This document shows positions 18,901 to 30,984 of a DNA stretch of 64,000 bases, piece after piece. This DNA is from a virus (lineage: Duplodnaviria; Caudoviricetes), in IMG/VR virus record IMGVR_UViG_3300037295_000263, positions 32,001 through 96,000 of that record; one strand, written 5' to 3'. Below the pieces are notes generated by a model. It ran no database searches. It was not told the DNA's origin and saw only the letters and a list, made by a program, of their open reading frames with translations. Made by a program: the position numbers and the translations under genes. Position 1 is the stretch's first letter; every line of letters starts with the position of its first letter.

Positions 18901-21900
18901 ATGACAATTAAAAACTTCCCTAAAAGCCAAACACCTATTCGAAAGTCGGTAGAACTTTTACCTAAGCTTTTTCAAACAGAAACTAATTCTAAATTCATGT
19001 CAGGGGTTGTTGACTCTTTTGTACAGCCAGGATCACTAGATAAAACTGTTGGTTATATTGGTAAACGATATGGAAAAACATTCAATAGCACTGACATATA
19101 TTTAGACACAGATGCTACGTTGCGGAGTGTGTATCAGCTGGATCCTGGTGTAGTTATTAAAGACAACGACAACAATAATGTTGATGGGTTTTATGATTAT
19201 ATCGATTTTAAAAATCAATTAAGATTTTTTGAAAACAAAATTGATAGAGATGATTTAATAACAAGTAGCACACATTATACCTGGAATCCTCCACTCGAAT
19301 GGGATAAGCTAATTAACTATCGAGAATATTTCTGGATACCGCAAGGCCCTCCTGCTGTTAATGTTAGCGGAACTATAGGAACAAATGTAAATGCAATCGA
19401 AATCGTTACCGGTTCTCGGTATGTAATCAATTCTTTAGGAAATACAAATTTTATTGAGTTAGGAGCAGAATCTAATCAAAGTGGCGTTGAATTTGTTGCT
19501 ATTCGCTCAGGAACAGGAACAGGAACAGCAAAATTAGTAGAAGTTAGTACGTTCAAAGTAAACAACGGAATAGTTTCTGCATGGGTGTTTTCACCGGACG
19601 GATTAACTTCTAACCCCACTATAACATTGTACAGAGGAAAAACTTATAAATTTAAAGTAAATGCACCGGATGATAATTTTTTTATAAGACGACAAATAGA
19701 TACTGGGTCAATGATATACAATCCTATATTGCCTTACCAGAAAAATCAAGTAGTTGCATACAATGGAAAATTGTACAAAGCAGAAGTAGATATTGCAGCA
19801 CAATTAAATCCAGTCTCAGTCGATGAGGATGTAAGATGGACATATCTTAAAGACATAACAGAAGATAACTACTTGGATTATAATAACGGGGTCACAAACA
19901 ATGGAACGTCTAACGGCGTACTTACATTTTCGATACCGTTCAATGCTCCTGATTTGTTATTTTACCAAAGCAGTATAGATCCTAATAAATTTGGAAAATT
20001 TTTAATTGCATCGATTGAAGAAAATACAAATATCAATGTAGAAAAAGAAATATTAGGAAAGTTATCTTATCAGAGTAGCAACGGAGTAAATTTTTCCAAC
20101 GGACTTGTTGTAAAATTTATTGGAAATATATTTCCTGTAATTTACGAAAAAGATTCATGGTTAGTAGAAGGCGTAGGAACTGGTATAACTCTTACTAAAT
20201 TTCAAAATCTTATTGTGTCTCCGGCAATTGTGAAAAATTCTCCAGATGTAGTATTCGACGGGCAAGGATTTGATTCGTTACCTTTTGACGATGCTAGTGC
20301 ATATCCTTCGGATAAAGACTATATTACTATTAGTAAATCGAGCCTCGATGGAAATGCATGGTCAAGATATAACAGATGGTTTCATAGATCTGTACTCGAA
20401 CAAGCGCATACACTAAACAATTCCACTTTTTTTGCTACAGAAAATTCTAGGGCAAAACGGCCTATTATTGAGTTTAAGCCTAACTTACAATTATTTCAAC
20501 ACGGTAGCAGAGTTAAAAATCCAGTAGACTTTATTGATACATTTACCTTAGATGCATTTTCTGATATAGAAGGCAGCCAAGGTTACATTGTAGACGGAGA
20601 ATCATTATTCGATAAAGCAAGACTGTTAATAACTGCAGATACTGATTTTTTTGTTAACAATCAAGTGTATGTTGTTAATTTTATTGTACATAATGGAATC
20701 CGACAAATAAGTTTAATTAAAGACGTCGATGGAGAGCCAACAGTAAATGATGGGATTTTAATTCGCAGAGGAGCTGTCAACAGAGGAATGATGTTCTATT
20801 TTGATGGAACAACATGGGCTAAGAGCCAGCAACCTAGTGCAGTAAATCAGTCTCCATTATTTGACATGTTTGATAGTGATGGGTATAGTTTTTCTGATAA
20901 TACTGTTTATCCATCGAGTTCGTTTGCAGGAACTCCTATAATTAGTTACAAATTAGGTAATGGAAAAATTGATAAGGAGTTGGGTTTTAAGATCAGTTAC
21001 TTGAATATAAACAATGTAGGAGATATTCAATTCCAGTTTAATTTAGACAGCGACGACTTCTTATATCAGCAAGAACAGCAGGTTGTATATAAAAAATTAT
21101 CTTCTGGTTTTTATAAATTTAATAATACAGACATTTTAGAAAATGGGTGGATTAATCTAGATCCAAAATACTTACAGCCTATAATTGAAAGTGTTACAGT
21201 AACAGAGCCTACGAATCGGATTGTATCTAATGCAATAAAATGGAACAGTATTACTGATACTGACATAGATAAGATTATATTTTTCGTTAATGGTACAAAA
21301 ATTAATGACAAATTTACAAGAATAAATGATACTTTTAACTTTGAAAGAACGTTTGATATTAATGATGTAATTGTTTTAAAGTTATTTTCAAGTGCAGAAC
21401 CCGAAGATGGTTATTACGAAATACCTTTGGGATTAGAAAAAAATCCTCTTAATCAAAAAATAGCTAGTTTCACATTAGGTCAAGCATCTGATCATATAAT
21501 ATCTGGATTAGAGCTATTTGACTCTTTTTCAGGAATATATCAAGGAGAAAATAATCTAAGAGATATTTCCGGTTATGAAAATTTAAGCAGAAGATTCTTA
21601 AAGCATACAGGAATAACTCCGGTAGCAATGGTAGCATTGTGTGATAAAGAAATTAACATAATAAAATCTTTACAATATGCTAAAGACGCATATTCTGAAT
21701 TTAAAAACACATTCTTATCAGTTGCTGAGTCAATAATATACGATGATAACATTCCAAATTTTGTAGATGCTATTCTAAAAGAAATAGGTAAATCGAAAAA
21801 TAACTCAAGTCCATTTTTCAGATCTGATATGATAGGCAGTGGAGCATTTACTTCTTTACTGTATACAGTAGAAGATGAAGGTATAAAATCGTTTGTCTTA

Positions 21901-24900
21901 TCTGATAAATTTGATCTCGATAATAATAGTAATCGGGCAGTTTACATTTACATAAATCAGCAGCAATTAATTGCTGGAAAAGATTATGAATTTAATTCTA
22001 ATTTTGGATTTGTAACACTAAGCATAGAATTAGCAGAAGGTGACGTAATCGAGATTAGAGAATATGTATCTACTTCTAATAATTTTATTCCGTCGACACC
22101 TACTAAGCTAGGACTTTATAAAAAATACACTCCTGCAATGATATTAGATGACACGTTTGTTGAACCTCGGGAAATGATTCAAGGACATGATGGTAGTCTT
22201 ATATTTGCATACGGCGATTATCGAGACGACATTTTATTAGAATTAGAAAACAGGATTTACAATAATATAAAACAGCAATATAATCCTTTGATTTTTGATA
22301 ATGACAAAGTGTTAGGGGGATTTTATAATTCAGAAATTTATAATAAAAACCAATTAGACACACTTATTAATGCTGATTTTTTAAGATGGTTATCTGCAGT
22401 TAACATAAACTTTACAGAAAATTCCTATTTTGATTCTGAAGATTCGTTTACTTATACTTACTCTGCTATGACAGATCCATTAGGTCAACAATCGTTGCCT
22501 GGATACTGGAGAGGAGTGTATCGGTGGATTTACGACACCGATAGGCCACACCGTTGTCCTTGGGAAATGTTAGGATTTAGTCAACAGCCACTATGGTGGG
22601 AAGAAGAATACGGACCATTTCCGTATACTAGTAATAATTTAATATTGTGGGATCATCTGCAAGAAGGAAGAATTACACAAGGGGAACGTGCAGGAATACA
22701 TGACAGATACAAAAGACCATTATTATTGGAACATTTGCCAGTGGACGAATATGGCAACTTGTTAAGTCCTTTAGAATCTAGCTTTGCAAGAAATTTTGTA
22801 TTAATTAATAACAAAGGTAATTTTAAATTTGGAGATGTATCTCCTGCAGAACATGCATGGCGAACCAGTTCAGAATATCCTTTTTCAATAATATCTGCGC
22901 TGTGTCTATTGCGTCCGTTTGACTACATTTCGACAAATTTTAATAAGTCGTTAACAACATTAAACATTTCAGGCCAAACAATTAATGTAAATTCTGAAAC
23001 TTTTATAACAATCGATGATTTAATTTTAAACGATACAGATGTTAATGCTCCGGTCACTGGGTTATTTTTATATATCGTAGACTATCTGAAATCAAAAGCA
23101 AAAGATAAATCTATTATTGAAAATAAAATAAAAAATATAGATGTTTTATTATCTAACAGAATTTCAGGTTTTGTTGATCAAGCACAGCAGAAATATTTGC
23201 TAGACAGCAAAAGTCCTAATTCGTCGTCGAGTAGTATTTTTATTCCTAATGAAAACTATAATATTATTTTTGATGTTAGCTGTCCTATATCTAGCATATC
23301 TTATAGCGGGCTACTAATTGAAAAAGTTAATAAAGGTTGGAAAATTTCAGGGTATGATAGCCTTGATCCTTATTTTGAATATTTCAAAGCAGTAGCTAGC
23401 CAAACAGATGCATTAATTTCAGTAGGAGGAATCTCTGAACCTTTTGTAGAGTGGGTTGCAGATAAATTTTATAGTAATGGTATTTTAATTAGATACAATA
23501 ATAAATTCTACAGAAGTTTGCAAAGCCATACTAGTGAAGATAATTTTAATGTTGCATTATGGAAGCAGTTGCCTAAGGTTCCAATAGTTAACGGAATAGA
23601 AGTTTTTAAACGTCGATTTTTTGATACATTATCTGTTAGAAAGGTTATGTACGGTCAAGTTTTTGAAAACATTCAAGAGCTAGCAGATTTTATACAAGGG
23701 TACGAGCAGTATCAATTGTCATTGGGTATTGCGTTTAATGGGTATAGCTCTGAGACACAAACAGCATTTGACTGGACAACTTCGTTAAAAGAATTTATGT
23801 TCTGGACAAAGCATAATTGGGCAGAAGGATCATTAATTTCGCTAAGCCCTTTAGCTCAAAAAATTGAAATAGATGTGACAGTAGGAGCAGCGGAAAACAT
23901 TTTAGACAGCTTCTATAATTATCAAATTTTAAAAAGTGACGGAGCAGCATTACCTCTTAATTTTATTAACGTTTCAAGAGATTTCCAAAAAGTAACTATT
24001 TCAACAACTAATACTAACGAGGGAATTTATTTTCTTAAAATTTATTTTGTTTTGAAAGAACATATTGTGTTATTCGACGATAGAACAGTCTTTAACGATG
24101 TGATATATGATAAGCCGTCTGGGTATCGACAAGACCGAATTAAAGTTAGAGGTTTTCGTACAACTGACTGGAATGGCGATTACACTAGCCCGGGGTTTGT
24201 ATTTGACAATGTCAATATAGGGCAATGGCAGCCGTTTGTTGATTATAAACTAGGTGACATTGTATCTTATAAGTCCTTTTCGTGGACTAGCAGTAAAACA
24301 CATTTAGGATCTGAAACATTTGAAAATTCTAATTGGACAAAACTTGACTTGATACCTGAAAAAGGATTAGTTGCTAATTTCGATTATCGAATAAATCAAT
24401 TTGAAGATTATTTCGAAGTAGAAGCAGACGGAATTGGGTCGAGCCAGCGCGAACTAGCAAGGCATGCTATTGGCTATCAAAAAAGAGATTACCTTCAAAA
24501 TCTAGCAGAAGATGATGTCACTCAGTTTAGACTATACCAAGGATTTATTAGAGAAAAAGGTACTGCTAATTCAGTAGTTAAGATTTTTGATAAACTAAGC
24601 AAAACTTCGAATAGTGTAATATTAAATGAGGAGTGGGCATTTAATGTAGGGCAACTCGGAGGAGTAGATCAAACAACCGAATATGAAATTAAATTAAACA
24701 AAATTAATTTTAAAATGTCACCTCAGCCGATTTTAATAACAAATTTAAGTGATCGGTATGTTAATAATCAATACATTAAATCTACAATTAACGATTTTAC
24801 GTTAAGACCGATACCATTCACTACATCAATATCACCTACTAGCGTATATACAGGAGATACTCGAAATGCAGGATATGTAAAATTAGACCATGTAGATTTT

Positions 24901-27900
24901 GTAAAAGCATCAAGAAATAACATTTTAGAAATTGATTCAACTTCTGTTAAAGATAATTCTTATATTTGGTTAACGTTTAATCAAAATTCGTGGACAGTAT
25001 TTCGATATAATATAAATCCTTTAATAAAAATAACTAATATTGAAATAACTGATATAACAGTAATACTTACGACTGACATCCCTCATGGATTATTCATCGG
25101 TGATGTTTTTAGCATCAATAATTTTATCAATTTAAACGGGTTTTACAGAGCATTTAATACAACAACTAACACAATAAGATTTGTAACAGCCACAACAATT
25201 CCTACTCCTGTTTTAGAAGATAATCCAAACTACAGCCTTGGTATTTTAACAGAAGCACGACTTGATAATATTTCAACTTTAGATTTTTCATCAGCTCCTG
25301 AAGGATTCAGATATTGGATCGATAGCGACGAAAGTGAAAAATGGAAAGTAATAGAAAAGAATTCACAACTTAATCAAGACGAGTTTGTAGTATTGGCACA
25401 AGAAGAGCCTACAGTAGATATTGATTTGATAGATAATGTTAAATTATATGATCCAGTTAATCAGATAAAATTAGCAGACGTTGACTTTGTTAATTATTAC
25501 AAATTAAAAATTTTAAATTTTGCAGAACAGTCTTTGTCATTTAAAACAATTTACGATCCTGCAATTTACAGTATAGGAACAGAAGATGAAACAGTAGACG
25601 AAGATCAAGCATGGTTTGAAAAAAATGTAGGAAAACTATGGTGGGATTTGAACAGTTGTAAATTTTTCTTAGCAGAGCAAGGTAGCGTAGCTTATCGATC
25701 AGGAAATTGGAATAATCTTGTGGAAGGAGCCTCTGTTGATATTTACGAATGGGTAGAAACTCCGTTGCTACCGGAGGAATGGAGTATTCTTGCAGATACT
25801 GCTGAAGGGTTAAATTTAGGAATATCAGGCCAACCTAAATTCAACGACAGTTCAGTATTAAGTGTTAAGATGGTAATTAATCCTGTTACTGGAGAAAATA
25901 CTAATAAGCTCTATTACTATTGGGTAAAAGATTCAACTATAATACCTGCAAATATAATTAGGAAAAGTTCAGCAAGCGAAGTCCGACGATTAATTGAAAA
26001 TCCAGCCGCATCAGGTTTTCCTTTTATTTCGTTTATTGAAAATAATAAATTTTTATCTTATAATTTAGAGAATTATTTTAAATCCGACTCTGCGTTGTTG
26101 AATATTCAGTATAAGAAAAAATATACCAATTTAAATCCAGTGAATAATGAATATCAATTGCTGACAGAAGGAGTAGCAGACAGCGTTCCGGCGCCATCTC
26201 TCGAGGCTAAGTGGATAGATAGTTTAATAGGTGAAGATCGTGCAGGAAATCGCGTCCCAGACAGTACATTGTCAGACAAACAAAAATATGGAATAAAATT
26301 CCGTCCAAGACAAACAATGTTTGCAGACCGCGGTGAAGCACTAAAGGTTGTATTCGGCAATGTGAATTCTGTCCTTATGCAACAGCCTTTTGTAGATTTA
26401 ATTAATTTTGATAAATTAAATCAAACAGATAATCCTCCTAGTGCAGTATTAAACGAATATGATACTGTGCTTGATACTTTTTCTGACATATCACAATATG
26501 GGTTAGTGCGAGCTAAAGAATCTGTAGTCGAGATAGTCTTAATTAATGGAAAGATTGAAAATATAAACATTACTAATCCTGGTTTTGGATATGCAGTTTC
26601 ACCTCCGATTACAATCACTGGAGATGGTAAAAACGGATCTGCAACTGCAGAAATAGATTCGCAAGGAAGAATTTCTAAAATAACTGTAACTAACAAAGGA
26701 TCAGGGTATAGTGTTGCAAATGCAACGATTAGGACATTTTCTATTTTAGTAATAAACGACAGCACGTATGACAACAAATGGAGTATCTATTCATGGGATC
26801 AACAACGTAATGTATTTTTTAGAAGCAAGTCGCAGGCATTTGACGTTAAGCAGTATTGGATAACGGTTGATTGGTGGGATACAACCTACTCGTCAGAATC
26901 CAGTATTGTTAAAGAAATTAATAGTATAGATCAATTAGAATTAATTAATTTAGAAGTTGATGAGTTAATACGAATTAAAGAATTTGCAAATGGCGGTTGG
27001 GCAGTAGTTAAAAAAACAAAATACGGTGCCGGTGATTTATTAAACAATTTTACATTAGTTGGTAGAAAAAACGGGACAATACAAATACTTGAATCTGCTT
27101 TCAACTTAACACAAAATTCTACAGGATTCAATGGCACAGGATCATATGATTCTACGCTGTACGATTTACAGAATTCTAAAGAACTACGGATTATACTCGA
27201 TGCTGTAAAACACGACATTTTCATTAATGATCTGCGAGTCGAGTGGAATAAATTATTTTTTGCTTCGGTAAGATATGCTTTCTCAGAACAATTATACATT
27301 AATTGGGCATTTAAGACTAGTTTCCTGAATGCGATACACACTGTAACGGAACTATCGCAGAAATTAAATTACAGATCAGATAACTTAGATAGTTATAGAG
27401 AGTATTTAGAAGAGGTAAAGCCTTTTAGAACCACAATCCGAGAATATACTAGTCGATATACTAAACTTGAAAATACTCCAAGTGCGATGACTGACTTCGA
27501 TCTTCCGCCTGCGTATTCTGCACAAGCCGGTAAAGTAGTTCCTATCAATAGCAATTTTAATAAATTTGAAGAATATCCGTGGAAGTGGTGGGCCGATAAT
27601 AATGGATTCGAGATTACTGATATTGAAATTTTAAATGCAGGATCGGACTACACATCGCCACCATCGGTATTGATACAAGGCAATGGATACTATGCCCAAG
27701 CAAGAGCATTTATATCTAACGGAAGAATATCAAAAATACAAATATTAAATCCAGGAACACAGTACACAACGACTCCAATAATAGAATTAGTAGGCGGAAA
27801 CGGATCTTCAACTAATACAGCTAAAGCAGTAGCTATACTGGGCAATTCAAAAATACGAGTGTTTAACACCTCTCTAAAATTTGATAGGATTTGTAAAAAT

Positions 27901-30900
27901 GGCATTTATGAAAACTTTATGCATATTCAAGAAGAAACGTCGTCGGGTTCCGAAAGTATTTTCAATTTAACATATCCGCCGAGTTACGATTCGAGTAAAC
28001 TACAAATTTTTATTAATAATAAATTATTATTAAAAAACAATTATACTGTTAAAATATATAAAGAAAATATATTTTCAAGTACTTTATCAGGAAAAGTAAT
28101 ATTTAATGTTCCTCCAGAAACAGGAGCAGCTATTAAAATCATTTATGATAAGAATAATAGCATACTTGATAGCGTTAATAGAATTAACAAATATTATTCT
28201 CCTGCGACAGGAATGATAGGGAATGATATTACTCAATTGATGACAGGTATTGATTTTGGCGGAGTTAAAATCCAAGGAAATTCTTTTGACGTAACAGGCG
28301 GATGGGACGCAATGCCATGGTTTACTGACAATTGGGATAGTGCCAAATCTAGCGGAGATTTTTATTATGCTTTTTCTTTTGGCACAGACGAAGATAGTAC
28401 GCAGATTTATAAAACAGGAAAATTGTTCAAATACGATAACATTTTTTATAAAGCACTTAAAACAACTGCCAATGGAGAAGGGCTTGCAGTTTATCCGCAG
28501 ATTTCAGAAGGATGGCAAGAATTCTGGGAAAGATTCGAAGTTGAGTTGCCATTTGTACCATTAGTAGGTCAAGAAATATCAGTATATTTACGGTTAGCAG
28601 GTGAAAATACGTCAACTCGTATAGATGATTTAAATTACGGATCTGCCGAGCAAACAAATACTAATGCAGTAATGCTAACAATTATCGGAGATGGTATTTT
28701 TAATACTGTTGATCTAAACGAAATTGTAACAATTGAGCAGGGTGATACTATAATTTTTAGAACTATGGACAGCGATGGAGCAATTACTATAAATGATATT
28801 AATTTACTCGATAGCAACATAGACGGCGGATCGATTGACGAGATTATCGGCGGAGCTTTTATTACTGCAAACGGTAAAAAAGCAGAAGATATAGTAATAG
28901 ACGGCGATTCATTTATAACACCCGATCAAGTTCCGGCTCCTGAAGAAAATGTTCCAGGTCAAGTACTTGATAGTGTTAGTATAAAAGTTTTTACAGAATT
29001 AACAGGGAATGCAGCACCATTACAGAGCAGCGTTTTTGTAGGAAATGGTGTAACTTCTTCGTATAATATCGGGCTAACTGTATTTGAATCGGACTCTGTT
29101 ATTGTATACTTGGATAAAATAAAACAGGATTACAACATCGATTTTGAAATTGATTGGACAAAAAATACGATCAAGTTCCTGTCAACTCCGTTGTCTGGAC
29201 AATCTGTTGAAATTATATCAATAGGTACAGGCGGAACATCTCTGTTAGATTATCAAGAGTTTAAGGCAGACGGTGACACATCTTTATTCTTAACTAAAGC
29301 AGACTTTAACAAAACATCAGAAGTGTTAGTGTCGCTAGACGGAGAACAAGTTGATATAGGATTCAGAAATAGTTCTGAATTTTTAGATATTGATAACAAA
29401 ACAATAATTCAATTTGGATTAAGGCCGTCGAGAAATCAAGTTATTAAAATTGTATCTATAGGAAATAATAACTCGCAAGCTGGCAATAGTTTGGTTAGGG
29501 TCAACACACAGCAAATAATCTCCGATGGCAGAACTAAAACTTTTGAGTTAGACAACTTCGTTAATTTAAATAGTGCATCTTTGCAATCCTCTGTGTTAGT
29601 AAATTTGAATAATAAACAACTTAACAGTATTGATACTATATATGTTGAATATAATGGCACAAATAATCAAGTAGATTTAAACCCTAACAATCAATATTTG
29701 TCGGGTACAATTTTACCTTCCGATATTGTAGTGTTTATAAATGACCGTCGAGCATTGTTTGTTACTGATTATATAATCAATTCTATTCAAGATTCGTTAA
29801 CAATTAACGCTTCCAAATTAAAGAAAGGCGATATTATCCGTATAAATGTTGGAATAGTTTCTGATTATAGCATTAGCGGAACACAATTAATATTGTCAGA
29901 TGATGTAGAGTTAACCGAGTCGGATATTATCGAAGTAACATGGTTTAGCAATTATCTCGCAATGAATATAATCTCAGATCAATATATGGGAGGCTTATTA
30001 AGATATCCATTATCTAAATCTGTGTTAAGTTCTGATTATGTTTGGGTTTATAAAAATGGTATAAAATTGTCTACGAGCATAGACTTTACTGTAGATCTTT
30101 CTGCCAAATTTGTTTATTTGGTAAACAGTACAGTTTCGAGCGATTCTATTAAAATAGTAGAATTTGCAAATTCGATAAATCAAAATCCTAGCGCATATGA
30201 AATTTTTAAAGATATGTTGAATACTGTTCAATACACACGGTATGCTGTGAATAGCAGCATAGTTCTAGTTAATCAGTTGAATTATTACGATCAATCTTTC
30301 GAAGTTAGCGATGCGTCTACACTAACAATTCCGATTACTAACAGAAATATTCCTGGAGTAGTAGTTATTAACAACGAGCGTATCGAATATCTTCGTAAAG
30401 AAGGAAACATCTTAAGCCAGCTGCGCAGAGGAGTTCATGGGACAGGAATTTCACCGATTCATTCTCCTGGAAGTATTGTTGTAAATATAGGCTATACTGA
30501 AACTATTCCTTATTCTGAAAAAGAAGAAATATTTATTGCAGAAAATCGAACAGCAGATAATGTATTGTTAATAGGACCATTAGATTTTATTCCGACAAAA
30601 TCTACAAACAGGAATGAATGGTTTAAAGGAATACAGGAACATGCAATTCCTGAAGAATTCGGACCGTGCGACCAAATAGAAGTTTTTGTAGAAGGACGAA
30701 GATTGCGTAAAGACCCTATTACAGTTTATTCAGAAATATTAGGACCTGCAGAAGTATCTAACGGTATTGAGATTCCTGCAGAATTTTCTGTAGATGGTAT
30801 TACTCCGTATATAAGATTAACTACTTCAGTTAACAAAACTTCTGAAATTAAAATAGTAAGAAGACAGGGAAAAATATGGTATGATACTGGCATTGATGCT

Positions 30901-30984
30901 GCTAGTTCCGGCCAATCTATGCTTAATAATACCAATAACATTATAAAATTTATATCGAAAAAGGGTTCAGAATTGCCTGAATAA
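18901..30984 (+). CDS. Giant 4027-aa virion structural protein (baseplate wedge/fibre, gp7-like position)
   Basis: Uninterrupted 12-kb ORF directly after gp6; beta-rich GxGY...PxI repeats and aromatic CBM-like modules. Confidence 0.7.
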   Translation: MTIKNFPKSQTPIRKSVELLPKLFQTETNSKFMSGVVDSFVQPGSLDKTVGYIGKRYGKTFNSTDIYLDTDATLRSVYQLDPGVVIKDNDNNNVDGFYDYIDFKNQLRFFENKIDRDDLITSSTHYTWNPPLEWDKLINYREYFWIPQGPPAVNVSGTIGTNVNAIEIVTGSRYVINSLGNTNFIELGAESNQSGVEFVAIRSGTGTGTAKLVEVSTFKVNNGIVSAWVFSPDGLTSNPTITLYRGKTYKFKVNAPDDNFFIRRQIDTGSMIYNPILPYQKNQVVAYNGKLYKAEVDIAAQLNPVSVDEDVRWTYLKDITEDNYLDYNNGVTNNGTSNGVLTFSIPFNAPDLLFYQSSIDPNKFGKFLIASIEENTNINVEKEILGKLSYQSSNGVNFSNGLVVKFIGNIFPVIYEKDSWLVEGVGTGITLTKFQNLIVSPAIVKNSPDVVFDGQGFDSLPFDDASAYPSDKDYITISKSSLDGNAWSRYNRWFHRSVLEQAHTLNNSTFFATENSRAKRPIIEFKPNLQLFQHGSRVKNPVDFIDTFTLDAFSDIEGSQGYIVDGESLFDKARLLITADTDFFVNNQVYVVNFIVHNGIRQISLIKDVDGEPTVNDGILIRRGAVNRGMMFYFDGTTWAKSQQPSAVNQSPLFDMFDSDGYSFSDNTVYPSSSFAGTPIISYKLGNGKIDKELGFKISYLNINNVGDIQFQFNLDSDDFLYQQEQQVVYKKLSSGFYKFNNTDILENGWINLDPKYLQPIIESVTVTEPTNRIVSNAIKWNSITDTDIDKIIFFVNGTKINDKFTRINDTFNFERTFDINDVIVLKLFSSAEPEDGYYEIPLGLEKNPLNQKIASFTLGQASDHIISGLELFDSFSGIYQGENNLRDISGYENLSRRFLKHTGITPVAMVALCDKEINIIKSLQYAKDAYSEFKNTFLSVAESIIYDDNIPNFVDAILKEIGKSKNNSSPFFRSDMIGSGAFTSLLYTVEDEGIKSFVLSDKFDLDNNSNRAVYIYINQQQLIAGKDYEFNSNFGFVTLSIELAEGDVIEIREYVSTSNNFIPSTPTKLGLYKKYTPAMILDDTFVEPREMIQGHDGSLIFAYGDYRDDILLELENRIYNNIKQQYNPLIFDNDKVLGGFYNSEIYNKNQLDTLINADFLRWLSAVNINFTENSYFDSEDSFTYTYSAMTDPLGQQSLPGYWRGVYRWIYDTDRPHRCPWEMLGFSQQPLWWEEEYGPFPYTSNNLILWDHLQEGRITQGERAGIHDRYKRPLLLEHLPVDEYGNLLSPLESSFARNFVLINNKGNFKFGDVSPAEHAWRTSSEYPFSIISALCLLRPFDYISTNFNKSLTTLNISGQTINVNSETFITIDDLILNDTDVNAPVTGLFLYIVDYLKSKAKDKSIIENKIKNIDVLLSNRISGFVDQAQQKYLLDSKSPNSSSSSIFIPNENYNIIFDVSCPISSISYSGLLIEKVNKGWKISGYDSLDPYFEYFKAVASQTDALISVGGISEPFVEWVADKFYSNGILIRYNNKFYRSLQSHTSEDNFNVALWKQLPKVPIVNGIEVFKRRFFDTLSVRKVMYGQVFENIQELADFIQGYEQYQLSLGIAFNGYSSETQTAFDWTTSLKEFMFWTKHNWAEGSLISLSPLAQKIEIDVTVGAAENILDSFYNYQILKSDGAALPLNFINVSRDFQKVTISTTNTNEGIYFLKIYFVLKEHIVLFDDRTVFNDVIYDKPSGYRQDRIKVRGFRTTDWNGDYTSPGFVFDNVNIGQWQPFVDYKLGDIVSYKSFSWTSSKTHLGSETFENSNWTKLDLIPEKGLVANFDYRINQFEDYFEVEADGIGSSQRELARHAIGYQKRDYLQNLAEDDVTQFRLYQGFIREKGTANSVVKIFDKLSKTSNSVILNEEWAFNVGQLGGVDQTTEYEIKLNKINFKMSPQPILITNLSDRYVNNQYIKSTINDFTLRPIPFTTSISPTSVYTGDTRNAGYVKLDHVDFVKASRNNILEIDSTSVKDNSYIWLTFNQNSWTVFRYNINPLIKITNIEITDITVILTTDIPHGLFIGDVFSINNFINLNGFYRAFNTTTNTIRFVTATTIPTPVLEDNPNYSLGILTEARLDNISTLDFSSAPEGFRYWIDSDESEKWKVIEKNSQLNQDEFVVLAQEEPTVDIDLIDNVKLYDPVNQIKLADVDFVNYYKLKILNFAEQSLSFKTIYDPAIYSIGTEDETVDEDQAWFEKNVGKLWWDLNSCKFFLAEQGSVAYRSGNWNNLVEGASVDIYEWVETPLLPEEWSILADTAEGLNLGISGQPKFNDSSVLSVKMVINPVTGENTNKLYYYWVKDSTIIPANIIRKSSASEVRRLIENPAASGFPFISFIENNKFLSYNLENYFKSDSALLNIQYKKKYTNLNPVNNEYQLLTEGVADSVPAPSLEAKWIDSLIGEDRAGNRVPDSTLSDKQKYGIKFRPRQTMFADRGEALKVVFGNVNSVLMQQPFVDLINFDKLNQTDNPPSAVLNEYDTVLDTFSDISQYGLVRAKESVVEIVLINGKIENINITNPGFGYAVSPPITITGDGKNGSATAEIDSQGRISKITVTNKGSGYSVANATIRTFSILVINDSTYDNKWSIYSWDQQRNVFFRSKSQAFDVKQYWITVDWWDTTYSSESSIVKEINSIDQLELINLEVDELIRIKEFANGGWAVVKKTKYGAGDLLNNFTLVGRKNGTIQILESAFNLTQNSTGFNGTGSYDSTLYDLQNSKELRIILDAVKHDIFINDLRVEWNKLFFASVRYAFSEQLYINWAFKTSFLNAIHTVTELSQKLNYRSDNLDSYREYLEEVKPFRTTIREYTSRYTKLENTPSAMTDFDLPPAYSAQAGKVVPINSNFNKFEEYPWKWWADNNGFEITDIEILNAGSDYTSPPSVLIQGNGYYAQARAFISNGRISKIQILNPGTQYTTTPIIELVGGNGSSTNTAKAVAILGNSKIRVFNTSLKFDRICKNGIYENFMHIQEETSSGSESIFNLTYPPSYDSSKLQIFINNKLLLKNNYTVKIYKENIFSSTLSGKVIFNVPPETGAAIKIIYDKNNSILDSVNRINKYYSPATGMIGNDITQLMTGIDFGGVKIQGNSFDVTGGWDAMPWFTDNWDSAKSSGDFYYAFSFGTDEDSTQIYKTGKLFKYDNIFYKALKTTANGEGLAVYPQISEGWQEFWERFEVELPFVPLVGQEISVYLRLAGENTSTRIDDLNYGSAEQTNTNAVMLTIIGDGIFNTVDLNEIVTIEQGDTIIFRTMDSDGAITINDINLLDSNIDGGSIDEIIGGAFITANGKKAEDIVIDGDSFITPDQVPAPEENVPGQVLDSVSIKVFTELTGNAAPLQSSVFVGNGVTSSYNIGLTVFESDSVIVYLDKIKQDYNIDFEIDWTKNTIKFLSTPLSGQSVEIISIGTGGTSLLDYQEFKADGDTSLFLTKADFNKTSEVLVSLDGEQVDIGFRNSSEFLDIDNKTIIQFGLRPSRNQVIKIVSIGNNNSQAGNSLVRVNTQQIISDGRTKTFELDNFVNLNSASLQSSVLVNLNNKQLNSIDTIYVEYNGTNNQVDLNPNNQYLSGTILPSDIVVFINDRRALFVTDYIINSIQDSLTINASKLKKGDIIRINVGIVSDYSISGTQLILSDDVELTESDIIEVTWFSNYLAMNIISDQYMGGLLRYPLSKSVLSSDYVWVYKNGIKLSTSIDFTVDLSAKFVYLVNSTVSSDSIKIVEFANSINQNPSAYEIFKDMLNTVQYTRYAVNSSIVLVNQLNYYDQSFEVSDASTLTIPITNRNIPGVVVINNERIEYLRKEGNILSQLRRGVHGTGISPIHSPGSIVVNIGYTETIPYSEKEEIFIAENRTADNVLLIGPLDFIPTKSTNRNEWFKGIQEHAIPEEFGPCDQIEVFVEGRRLRKDPITVYSEILGPAEVSNGIEIPAEFSVDGITPYIRLTTSVNKTSEIKIVRRQGKIWYDTGIDAASSGQSMLNNTNNIIKFISKKGSELPE

